Program-made: the position numbers and the translations under genes
In this document: piece after piece, positions 17,664 to 26,844 of the stretch
How the letters are laid out: each line of letters starts with the position of its first letter
How positions within the stretch are numbered: position 1 is the first letter of the stretch
NCBI GenBank assembly: GCA_964638225.1
Contig: CAZWYL010000003.1
Coordinates: 1-46,286 of the forward strand
DNA from: an uncultured Candidatus Saccharibacteria bacterium
GTDB taxonomy: Bacteria; Patescibacteriota; WWE3; UBA101185; UBA10185
Length of the DNA stretch: 46,286 nucleotides
Direction of reading: 5' to 3'
Notes under the pieces: model-generated
What the model was told of the DNA's origin: nothing
Database searches by the model: none
The model's input: only the letters and a program-made list of their open reading frames with translations

Positions 17664-20606
17664 GTGATGACTGGTTCGGATCCCAATAAAATTAAAATTA
17701 AAGGTGCAAGGCAGCATAATTTAAAGAATATCGATCTGGAAATACCTAAAAATAAATTCGTTGTTTTTACAGGTGTTTCAGGATCGGGAAAGACTTCTCT
17801 TGCTCTAGACACTCTATATGCAGAAGGTCAAAGACGTTATGTTGAAAGTTTATCTTCATATGCGCGCCAGTTCCTGGGTGTAATGGATAAACCTGAAGTA
17901 GATAACATTGAAGGTTTATCTCCGGCTATAGCAATTGATCAGAAAGCAGCTTCGAGCAACCCAAGATCTACAGTAGGAACTGTAACAGAGATTTATGATT
18001 TTCTCCGCTTGCTATTTGCAAGAATAGGCCATCCCCATTGCCCAAGTTGCGGCCGTTTAGTTAAGAGGCAAAGCTTGGATCAAATTTTGGATTCTTTAAT
18101 AGAGGTGTTAAAGGAGCAACCTGATTTTTCTAAGTCTAAAGGGGTGCGCTTTTTGCTTCTTGCTCCAATAGTCAAAAATCGCAAAGGAGATTATTCCACG
18201 CTACTTAAAAATTTGCAGAAACAAGGGATTATGAGAGCTCGTGTAGATGGTGAAATAATTCAGCTAGATTCAGATATAAACCTGTTAAAGAATAATAGGC
18301 ATACTATTGAAGCAGTAATTTCGAGGCAGGTTTTGACTAAAAAGAAATTTCAAAAAGAGAAGGAACAAGTAGAGAGCTTGTTGTTTGGCTCAATAGAATC
18401 GGCTTTAACCTTAAGTAAAGGGAACGTTGTTTTAGGTATTGTTAGGGACTCTACTTTTGACTTTCCCGAAAGTCCTAAGTATATAGATGAGCATATTTTT
18501 TCTGAGAAGTTTGCATGTCCGCAGTGCAACATATCTTTGCCGGAGATAGAACCTAGAAATTTTTCTTTTAATTCTCCGCAGGGTGCTTGTGAGGAGTGTG
18601 GAGGTTTGGGAAGTAAACTAACCATAGATCCGGAATTAATTTTGAATCCGAAATTATCGGTGATTGATGGGGGTGTCCTTCCGTGGGCTAAATTAGTGGG
18701 GGGAAAGAGCTGGACTTTTCAAAAAATCAAAAAAGTAGCCCAGGTCAATAATATTTCATTGGACGTTTCCATAGAAAAACTGTCTTCGCGGGAAAAAGAT
18801 TTATTGTTATACGGGACGGGAAATAAGGAATACAGTGTGAGTTATTACAAAAATGGTAGTAAGAAAACTTATCAAACCAGATTTGAAGGGGTAATACCAA
18901 ATTTATCTAGAAGATATAGAGAGACAAAATCAGAATATAGCCGAAAACAGATTCAGAGTTACATGGTAAAAGAGGCTTGCTCTGTTTGTAATGGAGCTAG
19001 GTTAAAGAAAGAGTACTTAGGTGTCACAGTAGATGATAAGAATATATTTGAAGTTACGGAGATGCCTTTGGATGAAACTAAAGAATGGTTGGACAATCTT
19101 AGGGAAAAATTGGACGAAAAAGAAAAGACTATCGCAAAAATGATCCTAAGAGAAATTAATTACCGTTTGAAGTTTCTTTTAGACGTTGGTCTTGGTTATC
19201 TTAACTTAGCAAGAGCATCAGCTAACCTATCAGGTGGAGAATCTCAAAGGATAAGACTTGCTTCACAGATAGGCACAGGGTTGTCAGGTGTTTTGTACGT
19301 ATTAGATGAGCCTTCCATTGGGCTGCATCAGCGGGATCAAAAACGGCTGATAGGTACTTTAAAACACCTTAGGAATATAGGTAATACCGTTATTGTGGTT
19401 GAGCACGATAAGGACACGATGCTGGAAAGTGATTATATTTTTGATTTTGGTCCCGGTGCAGGCGATGCCGGAGGAGAGGTAGTGGCAGTAGGATCTCCAG
19501 AAGATTTAGTGAAAAATCCGGAATCTCTAACAGGAGCATATCTTTCCGGAAGAAAAAAAGTGGGCCAAATTTTAGTTAAGGATGAGAATAAAAAGAAGAG
19601 CAAAACCAATAAGTGGTTGGAATTGAAAGAAGCTTCAGGTAGAAATTTAAAGAAATTAAATATTAAAATTCCGCTTGGAAAGTTTGTTACCGTGACGGGA
19701 GTTTCAGGCTCAGGGAAGTCCACGCTAGTTATGGATACATTACTGAGGAGTGTTAAAGAACATTTTGGACTTAAAGTGGAAGAGAGACCTTTAGATTTTA
19801 AGGGCTTAACCGGTGTAAGCCAGTTGGATAAAGTTGTAGATATTGACCAGGCTCCTATTGGGCGAACTCCTCGTTCTAATCCGGCAACATATACTAAAGC
19901 ATTTGATGGTATTCGGGAGATATTTGCTCAGACTTCTCAGGCTAAAGTTCGGGGGTATAAAAAGGGTCGATTCAGTTTTAATGTTAAGGGCGGTCGATGC
20001 GAGGCCTGTCGGGGCCAAGGTCAGAATAAAATAGAAATGCAATTTATGCCTGACGTGTACGTAAAGTGTGACGTTTGTGGTGGAAAGAGATATAACAGTG
20101 AAGTATTGGAAGTGAAATACAAAGATAAAACAATTAGTGATGTTTTGGATATGACTGTTGATACTGCTCTGGATTTTTTCGGCAATATTCCCAAGATTAA
20201 ACGAAAGTTGAAAACACTAAGTGATGTTGGGCTGGGGTATATAAAACTTGGACAGCCTGCGCCCACGCTATCAGGGGGAGAAGCACAACGCGTAAAACTT
20301 GCTTTGGAGCTTTCCAAACGTTCAAGAGGAAATACTTTATACATTTTAGATGAACCTACAACCGGACTTCATTTTGCTGATCTGGAAAAACTCATAAAGA
20401 TAATTAAAAGGCTAGTAAATAAAGGCAATACGGTTATAATTATAGAACATAATTTAGATGTCATTGCAAATTCCGATTGGGTGATAGATTTAGGGCCAGA
20501 GGGAGGCAGTAAAGGGGGCGAAGTTGTCTTTTCAGGAAATATTAAGGACTTGGAAAATTCGAAGGACTCTTACACAGCAAAAGCATTAAAAGATTCAAAA
20601 AGTTAG
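17664..20606 (+). CDS. uvrA: Excinuclease ABC subunit A
   Basis: IKGARQHNLKNI, two ABC ATPase modules (GVSGSGKTSL and GVSGSGKSTL; LSGGESQR and LSGGEAQR), and Zn-finger Cys clusters. Confidence 0.97.
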   Translation: MMTGSDPNKIKIKGARQHNLKNIDLEIPKNKFVVFTGVSGSGKTSLALDTLYAEGQRRYVESLSSYARQFLGVMDKPEVDNIEGLSPAIAIDQKAASSNPRSTVGTVTEIYDFLRLLFARIGHPHCPSCGRLVKRQSLDQILDSLIEVLKEQPDFSKSKGVRFLLLAPIVKNRKGDYSTLLKNLQKQGIMRARVDGEIIQLDSDINLLKNNRHTIEAVISRQVLTKKKFQKEKEQVESLLFGSIESALTLSKGNVVLGIVRDSTFDFPESPKYIDEHIFSEKFACPQCNISLPEIEPRNFSFNSPQGACEECGGLGSKLTIDPELILNPKLSVIDGGVLPWAKLVGGKSWTFQKIKKVAQVNNISLDVSIEKLSSREKDLLLYGTGNKEYSVSYYKNGSKKTYQTRFEGVIPNLSRRYRETKSEYSRKQIQSYMVKEACSVCNGARLKKEYLGVTVDDKNIFEVTEMPLDETKEWLDNLREKLDEKEKTIAKMILREINYRLKFLLDVGLGYLNLARASANLSGGESQRIRLASQIGTGLSGVLYVLDEPSIGLHQRDQKRLIGTLKHLRNIGNTVIVVEHDKDTMLESDYIFDFGPGAGDAGGEVVAVGSPEDLVKNPESLTGAYLSGRKKVGQILVKDENKKKSKTNKWLELKEASGRNLKKLNIKIPLGKFVTVTGVSGSGKSTLVMDTLLRSVKEHFGLKVEERPLDFKGLTGVSQLDKVVDIDQAPIGRTPRSNPATYTKAFDGIREIFAQTSQAKVRGYKKGRFSFNVKGGRCEACRGQGQNKIEMQFMPDVYVKCDVCGGKRYNSEVLEVKYKDKTISDVLDMTVDTALDFFGNIPKIKRKLKTLSDVGLGYIKLGQPAPTLSGGEAQRVKLALELSKRSRGNTLYILDEPTTGLHFADLEKLIKIIKRLVNKGNTVIIIEHNLDVIANSDWVIDLGPEGGSKGGEVVFSGNIKDLENSKDSYTAKALKDSKS

Positions 20607-22322
20607 TTTCTTTTCTAAGTTATTGTAATCCATGTAATTTATAGATTTTTGTTCTTTTGGTAGATATAAGATTTTTGATTGAAACGGTAAAAGATTTTTT
20701 TGAGTATTTGCCAACTTCATTAAGATAGGGCCTTCTTGATGAACCAGTTTATATCGCCGCTCTCCTCTTAAAAATCTAATGGGGTTAAATGTTAAGGTTC
20801 TTACTATCTTAATTTTTGGTTTAAAATCTCTTTCTGTTTCGGCAAAATCAACGTTTACCTGCTTTTCGTTTGGATCCAATCGGTAGGATCCTGCTGGAAA
20901 GGGATACTCTGAATTTTTTCCTTTTACAACAAAGGCAAAGTGGTTTGTGTCTAGTTTTGTAAAGTAATCAATTCCCGAAGTAGTGCCCCAGGTTGGGTCT
21001 ACTGCTACCCATCCGAAATTGGGATCATAATATTCCGGCCAGGCATGAAGCATATCACCGCCCCTTAAATCTATGGAAACGGGTATGATATCTTCCGCAG
21101 CTGAAAAAGCATATCCATTCAGTTCTCTTGATGGAATTCCCATGGCTCTAGTTATAGCTATGAACAGATCAGTAAATTCCATACAAGCCCAGGGTTTATC
21201 TTCCGTTATGGCTTTGAGAGCTCCCTGCCTTTCTATGTAGTTCTCCTTTACTATGTCAAGGTTATATTCAAGGTTTTCTGTCACGTATTCATAGGCTTTT
21301 TGGGCGTTTTGACTCGCTGTTTTTTCGGGGTCGAAAAGATCGTCGGAAATTTCTTGGATTTTCTCAGAGTCTACTTCCCAGAATGGTTGATCTCCAGTGT
21401 ATTTTCTAACCAGATTTGTAGGTATTTCCTGCATTTTCCCCCCATAAGAGGGCTTTATCTGCTTTCCTGATATTTTGGCTGCTCCGGTTAATTGGATTCT
21501 TTGCTCTGAATTTGGCATAAGCCTATATATGGCCATAATATTTCCGTCTTCGTCTTTATAGACTTTAGTGGGTTTGGGATCTAATTTCTCGTAATATACC
21601 TCTTGTTTTCCTTCTATTGTTGGAGGTAGTGCAATCTCTTGTTTGTCTGGCAATATTGTATTATTTTCCAAATGGTAGAAAAGTTGAAAATTAACAAGTT
21701 GATTTTTGCCGAAGGCTGCAGTAATAGATTCGTTTGAAAGTTCTTCTTTGGAAAATTTGAATATTTTGACTCCATCCTCCTCAGATTGTTCTTTTGGCGT
21801 AGGAGATATGAAATTTAAAGGCCCTAACGAATTTGGGATTTCTACTGTTACTTTATAGTCTTTAATTTCCCCTAAATTGGCGGTTCGAGGTAAATTAACA
21901 TTCCATATGGATCCAACTTTATTAGCTAGATCTTTTGTTTTATACGTAATTTTTATTTTATTGGAACGATCCTTTCCTATAACTTTTTCATTAAGAACTG
22001 CATTAATTATGGAAGTACCCTTTTCAGAATTTCTTTGTACATCTATCTCCAGTTCTCCAGCAGTATCCTCCCCACTTATTTCATACATATCCATTTGTTT
22101 TACTGTTACTGAGTAGTTAGTTGCAAGAATGTCGTCTTCTTTATTTTTTACTTCAATATTCTGGGTTACAGTAGTAATTCCAGAGCGATCAATTTTGTAA
22201 TTAATATCATAAGAGGTTTCAAATTGTGATTGAGAATTCGCTCTTTTTGAGGTTATTACGGCTAAGAAAACAAGTGAGAAAAGAGCAGTAATTTTTAGGA
22301 AAAGTTTGGTTTTTGGAATCAT
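20595..22322 (-). CDS. Membrane-anchored or secreted transglutaminase-like (papain-fold) protein
   Basis: N-terminal hydrophobic anchor. The transglutaminase core has CMEFTDLF (Cys), HAWPEYY (His) and VAVDPT (Asp). Its 3-prime end overlaps the uvrA end by 12 nt. Confidence 0.8.
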   Translation of the reverse strand: MIPKTKLFLKITALFSLVFLAVITSKRANSQSQFETSYDINYKIDRSGITTVTQNIEVKNKEDDILATNYSVTVKQMDMYEISGEDTAGELEIDVQRNSEKGTSIINAVLNEKVIGKDRSNKIKITYKTKDLANKVGSIWNVNLPRTANLGEIKDYKVTVEIPNSLGPLNFISPTPKEQSEEDGVKIFKFSKEELSNESITAAFGKNQLVNFQLFYHLENNTILPDKQEIALPPTIEGKQEVYYEKLDPKPTKVYKDEDGNIMAIYRLMPNSEQRIQLTGAAKISGKQIKPSYGGKMQEIPTNLVRKYTGDQPFWEVDSEKIQEISDDLFDPEKTASQNAQKAYEYVTENLEYNLDIVKENYIERQGALKAITEDKPWACMEFTDLFIAITRAMGIPSRELNGYAFSAAEDIIPVSIDLRGGDMLHAWPEYYDPNFGWVAVDPTWGTTSGIDYFTKLDTNHFAFVVKGKNSEYPFPAGSYRLDPNEKQVNVDFAETERDFKPKIKIVRTLTFNPIRFLRGERRYKLVHQEGPILMKLANTQKNLLPFQSKILYLPKEQKSINYMDYNNLEKKLTF

Positions 22323-22332
22323 AAACAGTCCA

Positions 22333-22338
22333 ATTATA
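22333..22338 (-). promoter_or_regulatory. -10-like TATAAT, 10 nt upstream of the transglutaminase-like gene ATG
   Basis: The minus strand reads gaTATAATtggactgtttATG. Confidence 0.3.
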
Positions 22339-22473
22339 TCTTATTTGTTAAAATCAGATTATATTTTATGGGGTGGGATGGAATTCTAACCTAAGTTAGT
22401 GGTAGATTCAGCAATTGTAATTTTAGACTGGGGAGAGTCTAGTTTAGAGTTTTCTGCCCAAAGGAATTTGGAA

Positions 22474-23811
22474 ATGCTTAAAAGTAAAATAAAAAATTTA
22501 CCCCAGAGACCGGGAGTATATATATTCAAAAATGAGGAAGGTGATGTAATTTATATTGGTAAAGCTAAGAATTTAAAAGCCAGAGTTGGTTCATATTTTC
22601 ATAAATCTTTAGATAAGGGATCCAAGACTCAGATTCTTGTGGATAACATTCATGAAATAGAGATAATTGAAGTTATTTCAGAGATTGAAGCTCTAATCTT
22701 AGAGGCCAGTCTTATACAAAAACACCAGCCTCGTTACAATATTCTTCTTAAAGATGATAAATCTTTTTTGTATATTGAAATCTGTGATGATTTTGTTGAG
22801 ATCGATGGGAAGGAAGTTAACCTGCCAACTGTAAAAGTTTCACGTAAATCAGATCTTAAAGAGGAATCAAGATATTTTGGTCCCTTCCCCAGCTCCAGGT
22901 CAACAAGATTTGTGTTCAGAGCTTTAAGAAGGCATTTTCCATACAGAGATTGCAGCAAAAATAAGTTTAATCGCTACAAAAAATTGGATCGCCCTTGTCT
23001 ATACGGGAAAATTAAGTTATGCCCCGCACCTTGTGTTTCTGCAGTTACTCCTAAGGAGTATAGAAAGAGCATTTCTGCCATATCGGCTTTCTTGGAAGGT
23101 GAGGCAAGTTTGGTTATGGAAGACTTAGAGAGAAAAATGGAGAAATACTCAAGGGAACAAGATTATGAAAGGGCTGCAGACTATCGGGATAGATTAGAGA
23201 AATTTAAATACATTAGAAAGAAAAAGGTTCCCGCATATCTTTATACGCAAAATCCGAGTCTCAGTGAAGATATTGCACAAGAGGCGCTACAGGAGCTGAA
23301 AGAACTCCTGCCAATGTTGAAGGATAAGCCGCATCGGATTGAATGTTATGACATTTCTGATTTAAGTGGAAAGGATGCTGTTGGTTCTATGACAGTAGCC
23401 ATTAATGGTAAATTAGAGCGTTCCAAATATCGAAGATTTAAAATTAAAAGTGTAAAAGGAGCGGATGATTTTGCCAAGATGGCTGAGGTTTTGGAGCGCC
23501 GTACTGCCCGAATGAAGGAAAACTCGTTAGGTTGGGAAAAGCCAGATATGATAGTTTTGGATGGAGGCAAGGGCCAGCTATCATCTGTTAGAGAAGTTTT
23601 TGATAAATTTGAGGTTAATGATATTCCCATTATAGGATTGGCCAAGAAAGAGGAGGAAATTGTGTATTTTTGGGATGGTTCTTACAGGAAGATTGCGCTG
23701 CAAGAAAGTTTTGATCAAGGATTAAATCTATTGATTAAGTTAAGGGATGAAGCACATAGATTTGCACAGGCGTACCACCACAAGCTTCGACTCAAAAGCT
23801 TACTGGAGTGA
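22474..23811 (+). CDS. uvrC: Excinuclease ABC subunit C, short form lacking the C-terminal (HhH)2 domain
   Basis: GIY-YIG domain (PGVYIFKN...IYIGKAKNLKARV), UVR domain (DYERAADYRDRLEKF) and an RNase H-like endonuclease domain ending RDEAHRFAQAYHHKLR. The ORF is open from GTG 22399, but ATG 22474 has AAGGAA upstream and gives a normal N-terminal length. Confidence 0.9.
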   Translation: MLKSKIKNLPQRPGVYIFKNEEGDVIYIGKAKNLKARVGSYFHKSLDKGSKTQILVDNIHEIEIIEVISEIEALILEASLIQKHQPRYNILLKDDKSFLYIEICDDFVEIDGKEVNLPTVKVSRKSDLKEESRYFGPFPSSRSTRFVFRALRRHFPYRDCSKNKFNRYKKLDRPCLYGKIKLCPAPCVSAVTPKEYRKSISAISAFLEGEASLVMEDLERKMEKYSREQDYERAADYRDRLEKFKYIRKKKVPAYLYTQNPSLSEDIAQEALQELKELLPMLKDKPHRIECYDISDLSGKDAVGSMTVAINGKLERSKYRRFKIKSVKGADDFAKMAEVLERRTARMKENSLGWEKPDMIVLDGGKGQLSSVREVFDKFEVNDIPIIGLAKKEEEIVYFWDGSYRKIALQESFDQGLNLLIKLRDEAHRFAQAYHHKLRLKSLLE

Positions 23812-23817
23812 TATACT
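23809..23817 (+). promoter_or_regulatory. Extended -10 (TGaTATACT), 6 nt upstream of ATG 23824
   Basis: The sequence reads TGATATACTtaaattATG. The TGA is the uvrC stop codon. Confidence 0.35.
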
Positions 23818-23823
23818 TAAATT

Positions 23824-24237
23824 ATGAGGACACTTATTCGGAGTTTCTTGATTGCATTTGTTTCCGTCTATCTAAGTAAGGTTATTATCGGCGGTTTGGA
23901 ATATGGGGAACTCTTTAGCAGCAGTCATCTTACTTTTATTGCTGCGCTGACTGTTGCACAACTAATTATTTTTCCAATGCTTAGGATCTTATCTTTACCT
24001 ACTAAAGGTTTTAGTGGACTTTTTTTAAGAAGTTTATTAGTTGGATTAATTTTTTATATGAGTACCTCTGCCCTTCCAAATTTTGCAATAACTTCCACTT
24101 ATCTGCCTGAAGTTAAAATTATGGATGTTACTCTCCCCTCTAAAAATCTAGGCCCCATAGAGACCTTGGTGGCAATATCTCTCTGCTATAGTATAATAAG
24201 TTCGTTCCTTATTTGGTTATATAAAGGCAAAAGATAA
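23824..24237 (+). CDS. Small 4-TM membrane protein, DUF360 / phage-holin-4_2 superfamily-like
   Basis: 137 aa and hydrophobic. The segment FPMLRILSLPTKGFSGLFL resembles the conserved P..l.lP...T.G.F core of that family. This is recognition only. Confidence 0.45.
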   Translation: MRTLIRSFLIAFVSVYLSKVIIGGLEYGELFSSSHLTFIAALTVAQLIIFPMLRILSLPTKGFSGLFLRSLLVGLIFYMSTSALPNFAITSTYLPEVKIMDVTLPSKNLGPIETLVAISLCYSIISSFLIWLYKGKR

Positions 24238-24239
24238 AT

Positions 24240-24455
24240 ATGTTAAAGACAATACGCATTTTTCAACTTATAGTAGCATTGGTTCTGACTGGATTGGTTC
24301 TTGTACAGGCTAAAGAAGGTGGTTTAAGTTCAGTGGTAAGTTCCGGTACTATGTATCGTTCGCGCAGGGGGTTAGAAAAAATAATTTTTGTTGCTACGGT
24401 TGTATTAGGAATTTTATTTTCCTTAAATTCACTTTTTCTTCTTTACTTAAGTTAG
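24240..24455 (+). CDS. secG: Preprotein translocase subunit SecG
   Basis: 71 aa with two TM helices, and LVLVQAKEGGLSS between them as in SecG (Q.gkggGl). Confidence 0.7.
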   Translation: MLKTIRIFQLIVALVLTGLVLVQAKEGGLSSVVSSGTMYRSRRGLEKIIFVATVVLGILFSLNSLFLLYLS

Positions 24456-24460
24456 GACTT

Positions 24461-25756
24461 ATGAAATCTATATCTATACAAGGAGGTTTTCCGCTTAATG
24501 GAGAAATAATCCCTTCAGGCTCTACCAAATCAGCTGCAAAGCTTATCTTGCTTTCTTTGTTTAGCACTGAGGAAGTTGTATTTTCTCACGTTCCTAGAGT
24601 TGGATTTATTGAGGATACTCTAGATTTGGTCAGATCCTTAGGGGCAGACGTTGAATGGAAAGGTGACAATAAACTTTTGATAAATTCATCAGGTGTATCA
24701 ACTCCCAGAGTACCTTTTGAAAAGGGGGTTAAGCATGAGTATAGTGTTCTTTTGGTTCCCCCGCTTGTATTCAGATTTGGAAAAGCAATAATTCCAAGAC
24801 CTGAGAATATAAGTGAATCCGCCCTGGAAAAGTGCATTTCTACATGGAAAAGTTTGGGGTTTGAAGTTAAGGAGAATCAGGAATGGTTGATGGTGGAAAT
24901 AGGAAATCCAGTTTCAACTGGAATTAATTTCAAATCAATTGACCCGCTTAGAACTATTAATGCAATTGCCTCTTCAATATTTATTAAGGAAAAGACTGTT
25001 ATTACGAGTGCCGCAGAAGAACCCGAGGTAGACGAGTTAATAGATTTTTTCTCTTTATTGGGAGCCTCTATAGATAGAGTTGAACCTCGACGGATTGAAG
25101 TGGAGGGAGAATCTTTGTTTAAAGGTGCTTCTTTTAAAGTTAGTCCTTCTGTAAATGAGATTGTATATTTCGCGGTAGCAGCGCTTGTTACAGGAGGTAC
25201 AATAACAATCAAATCGGTGAATAAGGTGGCTCTTGCTCCCTTTATAAACATACTAAATAAAGTTGGAACTAATTTTGAATTTTTGGATAATAATTTAACG
25301 GTTTGGCATGGAGGAGAAGAGTTTAATCCCGTGGAAGTGGAGGTTAAACCAGCACCAGGCTTTATTTCAGATTGGCTGCCTCCTCTGGCCCTACTGCTTA
25401 CTAAAGCTAGTGGAGAAAGCGTTCTTAAGGCAGATTTTGTTTCTGAGGAATGGGATTTTGTGAGTGATTTTAATCGTCTAGGAACAGATATTTCTTTTCA
25501 AGAATCAGACAACGAGGTTGAAGGGAGACAAACTGTGGAAGAAGTGAGTTCTAAAAGTGGTATCTTGATAAGCGGTCCAGTTGATTTAAAAGGAGCAACG
25601 CTTGATTTAACCAATCGTTTTTCTGGGCCTGCACTAGTTTTAGCTGCTCTTACCTCTGTAGGGAAATCACAGGTTAGAGGTGTTGAAGCCGTGGAGTACT
25701 TTTACGAAGATTTCTTAGAAAAGTTAATTCGTTTGGGTGCTCGTATTTCAATCTAA
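24461..25756 (+). CDS. MurA-like EPSP-synthase-fold protein, divergent paralog lacking the catalytic Cys loop
   Basis: It aligns by eye over its full length to MurA (ISIQGGFPLNGEI.PSGS.K; PAPGFISDW; GARISI end). The GGCxxGxRPxDxH loop is replaced by FGKAIIPRPENIS. Confidence 0.8.
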   Translation: MKSISIQGGFPLNGEIIPSGSTKSAAKLILLSLFSTEEVVFSHVPRVGFIEDTLDLVRSLGADVEWKGDNKLLINSSGVSTPRVPFEKGVKHEYSVLLVPPLVFRFGKAIIPRPENISESALEKCISTWKSLGFEVKENQEWLMVEIGNPVSTGINFKSIDPLRTINAIASSIFIKEKTVITSAAEEPEVDELIDFFSLLGASIDRVEPRRIEVEGESLFKGASFKVSPSVNEIVYFAVAALVTGGTITIKSVNKVALAPFINILNKVGTNFEFLDNNLTVWHGGEEFNPVEVEVKPAPGFISDWLPPLALLLTKASGESVLKADFVSEEWDFVSDFNRLGTDISFQESDNEVEGRQTVEEVSSKSGILISGPVDLKGATLDLTNRFSGPALVLAALTSVGKSQVRGVEAVEYFYEDFLEKLIRLGARISI

Positions 25757-25758
25757 AA

Positions 25759-25767
25759 TGCTATACT
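25759..25767 (+). promoter_or_regulatory. Extended -10 (TGcTATACT), 6 nt upstream of the mraY ATG
   Basis: The sequence reads aaaaTGCTATACTatccctATG and fills the whole 17-nt intergenic gap. Confidence 0.4.
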
Positions 25768-25773
25768 ATCCCT

Positions 25774-26835
25774 ATGTTTGATGATTTGCTTTATCTTTTT
25801 TTGGCTGTAATTCTTTCCACTATTCTCTATCCTTTTTGGATTAAATTTGTCTACGCTTTTCAGATGGGTGAGTCAATTAGGGAAGATGGACCTAAAACAC
25901 ATCTGAAGAAACAGGGTACACCAACAATGGGTGGTTTGGTATTTACTTTTGTTGCAGCTATCATTACTTTTATTTTCAATAGGTCCCGCACCCAAACCTT
26001 ATTTCCCGTATTTGTTGCCTCTTTAGCGGGCCTTTTTGGTTTAATAGAGGATTTTACAAAAGTTTTTAGTAGTTCTTTATTTTCTTTTAAAAGGAGGGTT
26101 TTTGGTTTTTTTAACATATCTAAAGGTTTTTTAGTGAAATTTCGCGAGTCTTTTGTTGAGTTTTGGAGAGTAGTTGGAAGCAGGGATAGTGAAGGCCTTC
26201 AAACTTATCAAAAATTCTTCTTTCAACTTTCTATAGCGGGTTTCGCAGCCTATTGGACTTATTTTAAGTTAGGTTGGGATTACATTTGGTTTCCTCTTGT
26301 TGGCAACGTACACATAGGCCTTTTTTATCCAGTTTTTATAATAGTTTTATTTATAGTGATTCTGAATTCTGTTGCTTTTACTGATGGATTAGATGGTTTA
26401 GCTGGTGGGTTATCTTTGTTTAGTATTTGCGGTTATTGGGCTATTGCTTTGTTGTTGGGATATAATTCTTTAGCTAGTTTCTGTGCTACTCTAGTTGGTG
26501 CTTTAATTCCTTTCCTTTACTTTAATATCTTTCCAGCTAGATTATTTATGGGTAACGTAGGTTCTCATGTGTTGGGCGCGACTTTGGCAATGTTGGGTAT
26601 AGTAATGCATCGAGAAGCGGCTTTGTTCTTCTTGGTTTTAATATTCCTTGTAGATGGTATTTCGAGCCCTCTTCAATCACTATCTGCAAAATTGACCGGA
26701 AAAAGAATATTTAGAATGGCTCCATTACACCATCACTTTGAGCTTTTAGGTTGGCACGAATCCAAAGTTACTATGCGTCTTTGGCTCTTTGGAATTCTCT
26801 TTACATTTGTGGGTATATTCATAGCTCTTCTATAA
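25774..26835 (+). CDS. mraY: Phospho-N-acetylmuramoyl-pentapeptide transferase
   Basis: KKQGTPTMGG, NSVAFTDGLDGLA, FMGNVGS and APLHHHFEL motifs in a polytopic protein. Confidence 0.93.
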   Translation: MFDDLLYLFLAVILSTILYPFWIKFVYAFQMGESIREDGPKTHLKKQGTPTMGGLVFTFVAAIITFIFNRSRTQTLFPVFVASLAGLFGLIEDFTKVFSSSLFSFKRRVFGFFNISKGFLVKFRESFVEFWRVVGSRDSEGLQTYQKFFFQLSIAGFAAYWTYFKLGWDYIWFPLVGNVHIGLFYPVFIIVLFIVILNSVAFTDGLDGLAGGLSLFSICGYWAIALLLGYNSLASFCATLVGALIPFLYFNIFPARLFMGNVGSHVLGATLAMLGIVMHREAALFFLVLIFLVDGISSPLQSLSAKLTGKRIFRMAPLHHHFELLGWHESKVTMRLWLFGILFTFVGIFIALL

Positions 26836-26836
26836 T
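26831..26836 (+). promoter_or_regulatory. -10-like TATAAT, 8 nt upstream of the ftsW ATG
   Basis: The sequence reads tcTATAATaaataacaATG and overlaps the mraY stop. Confidence 0.35.
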
Positions 26837-26844
26837 AAATAACA

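Noticed and set aside
23824-24237. A phage-holin-4-like membrane protein, considered as a hint of a prophage or lysis cassette.
   Set aside because: The family (DUF360) is widespread in chromosomes. The neighbours are uvrC and secG, and there is no endolysin or any other phage gene nearby.
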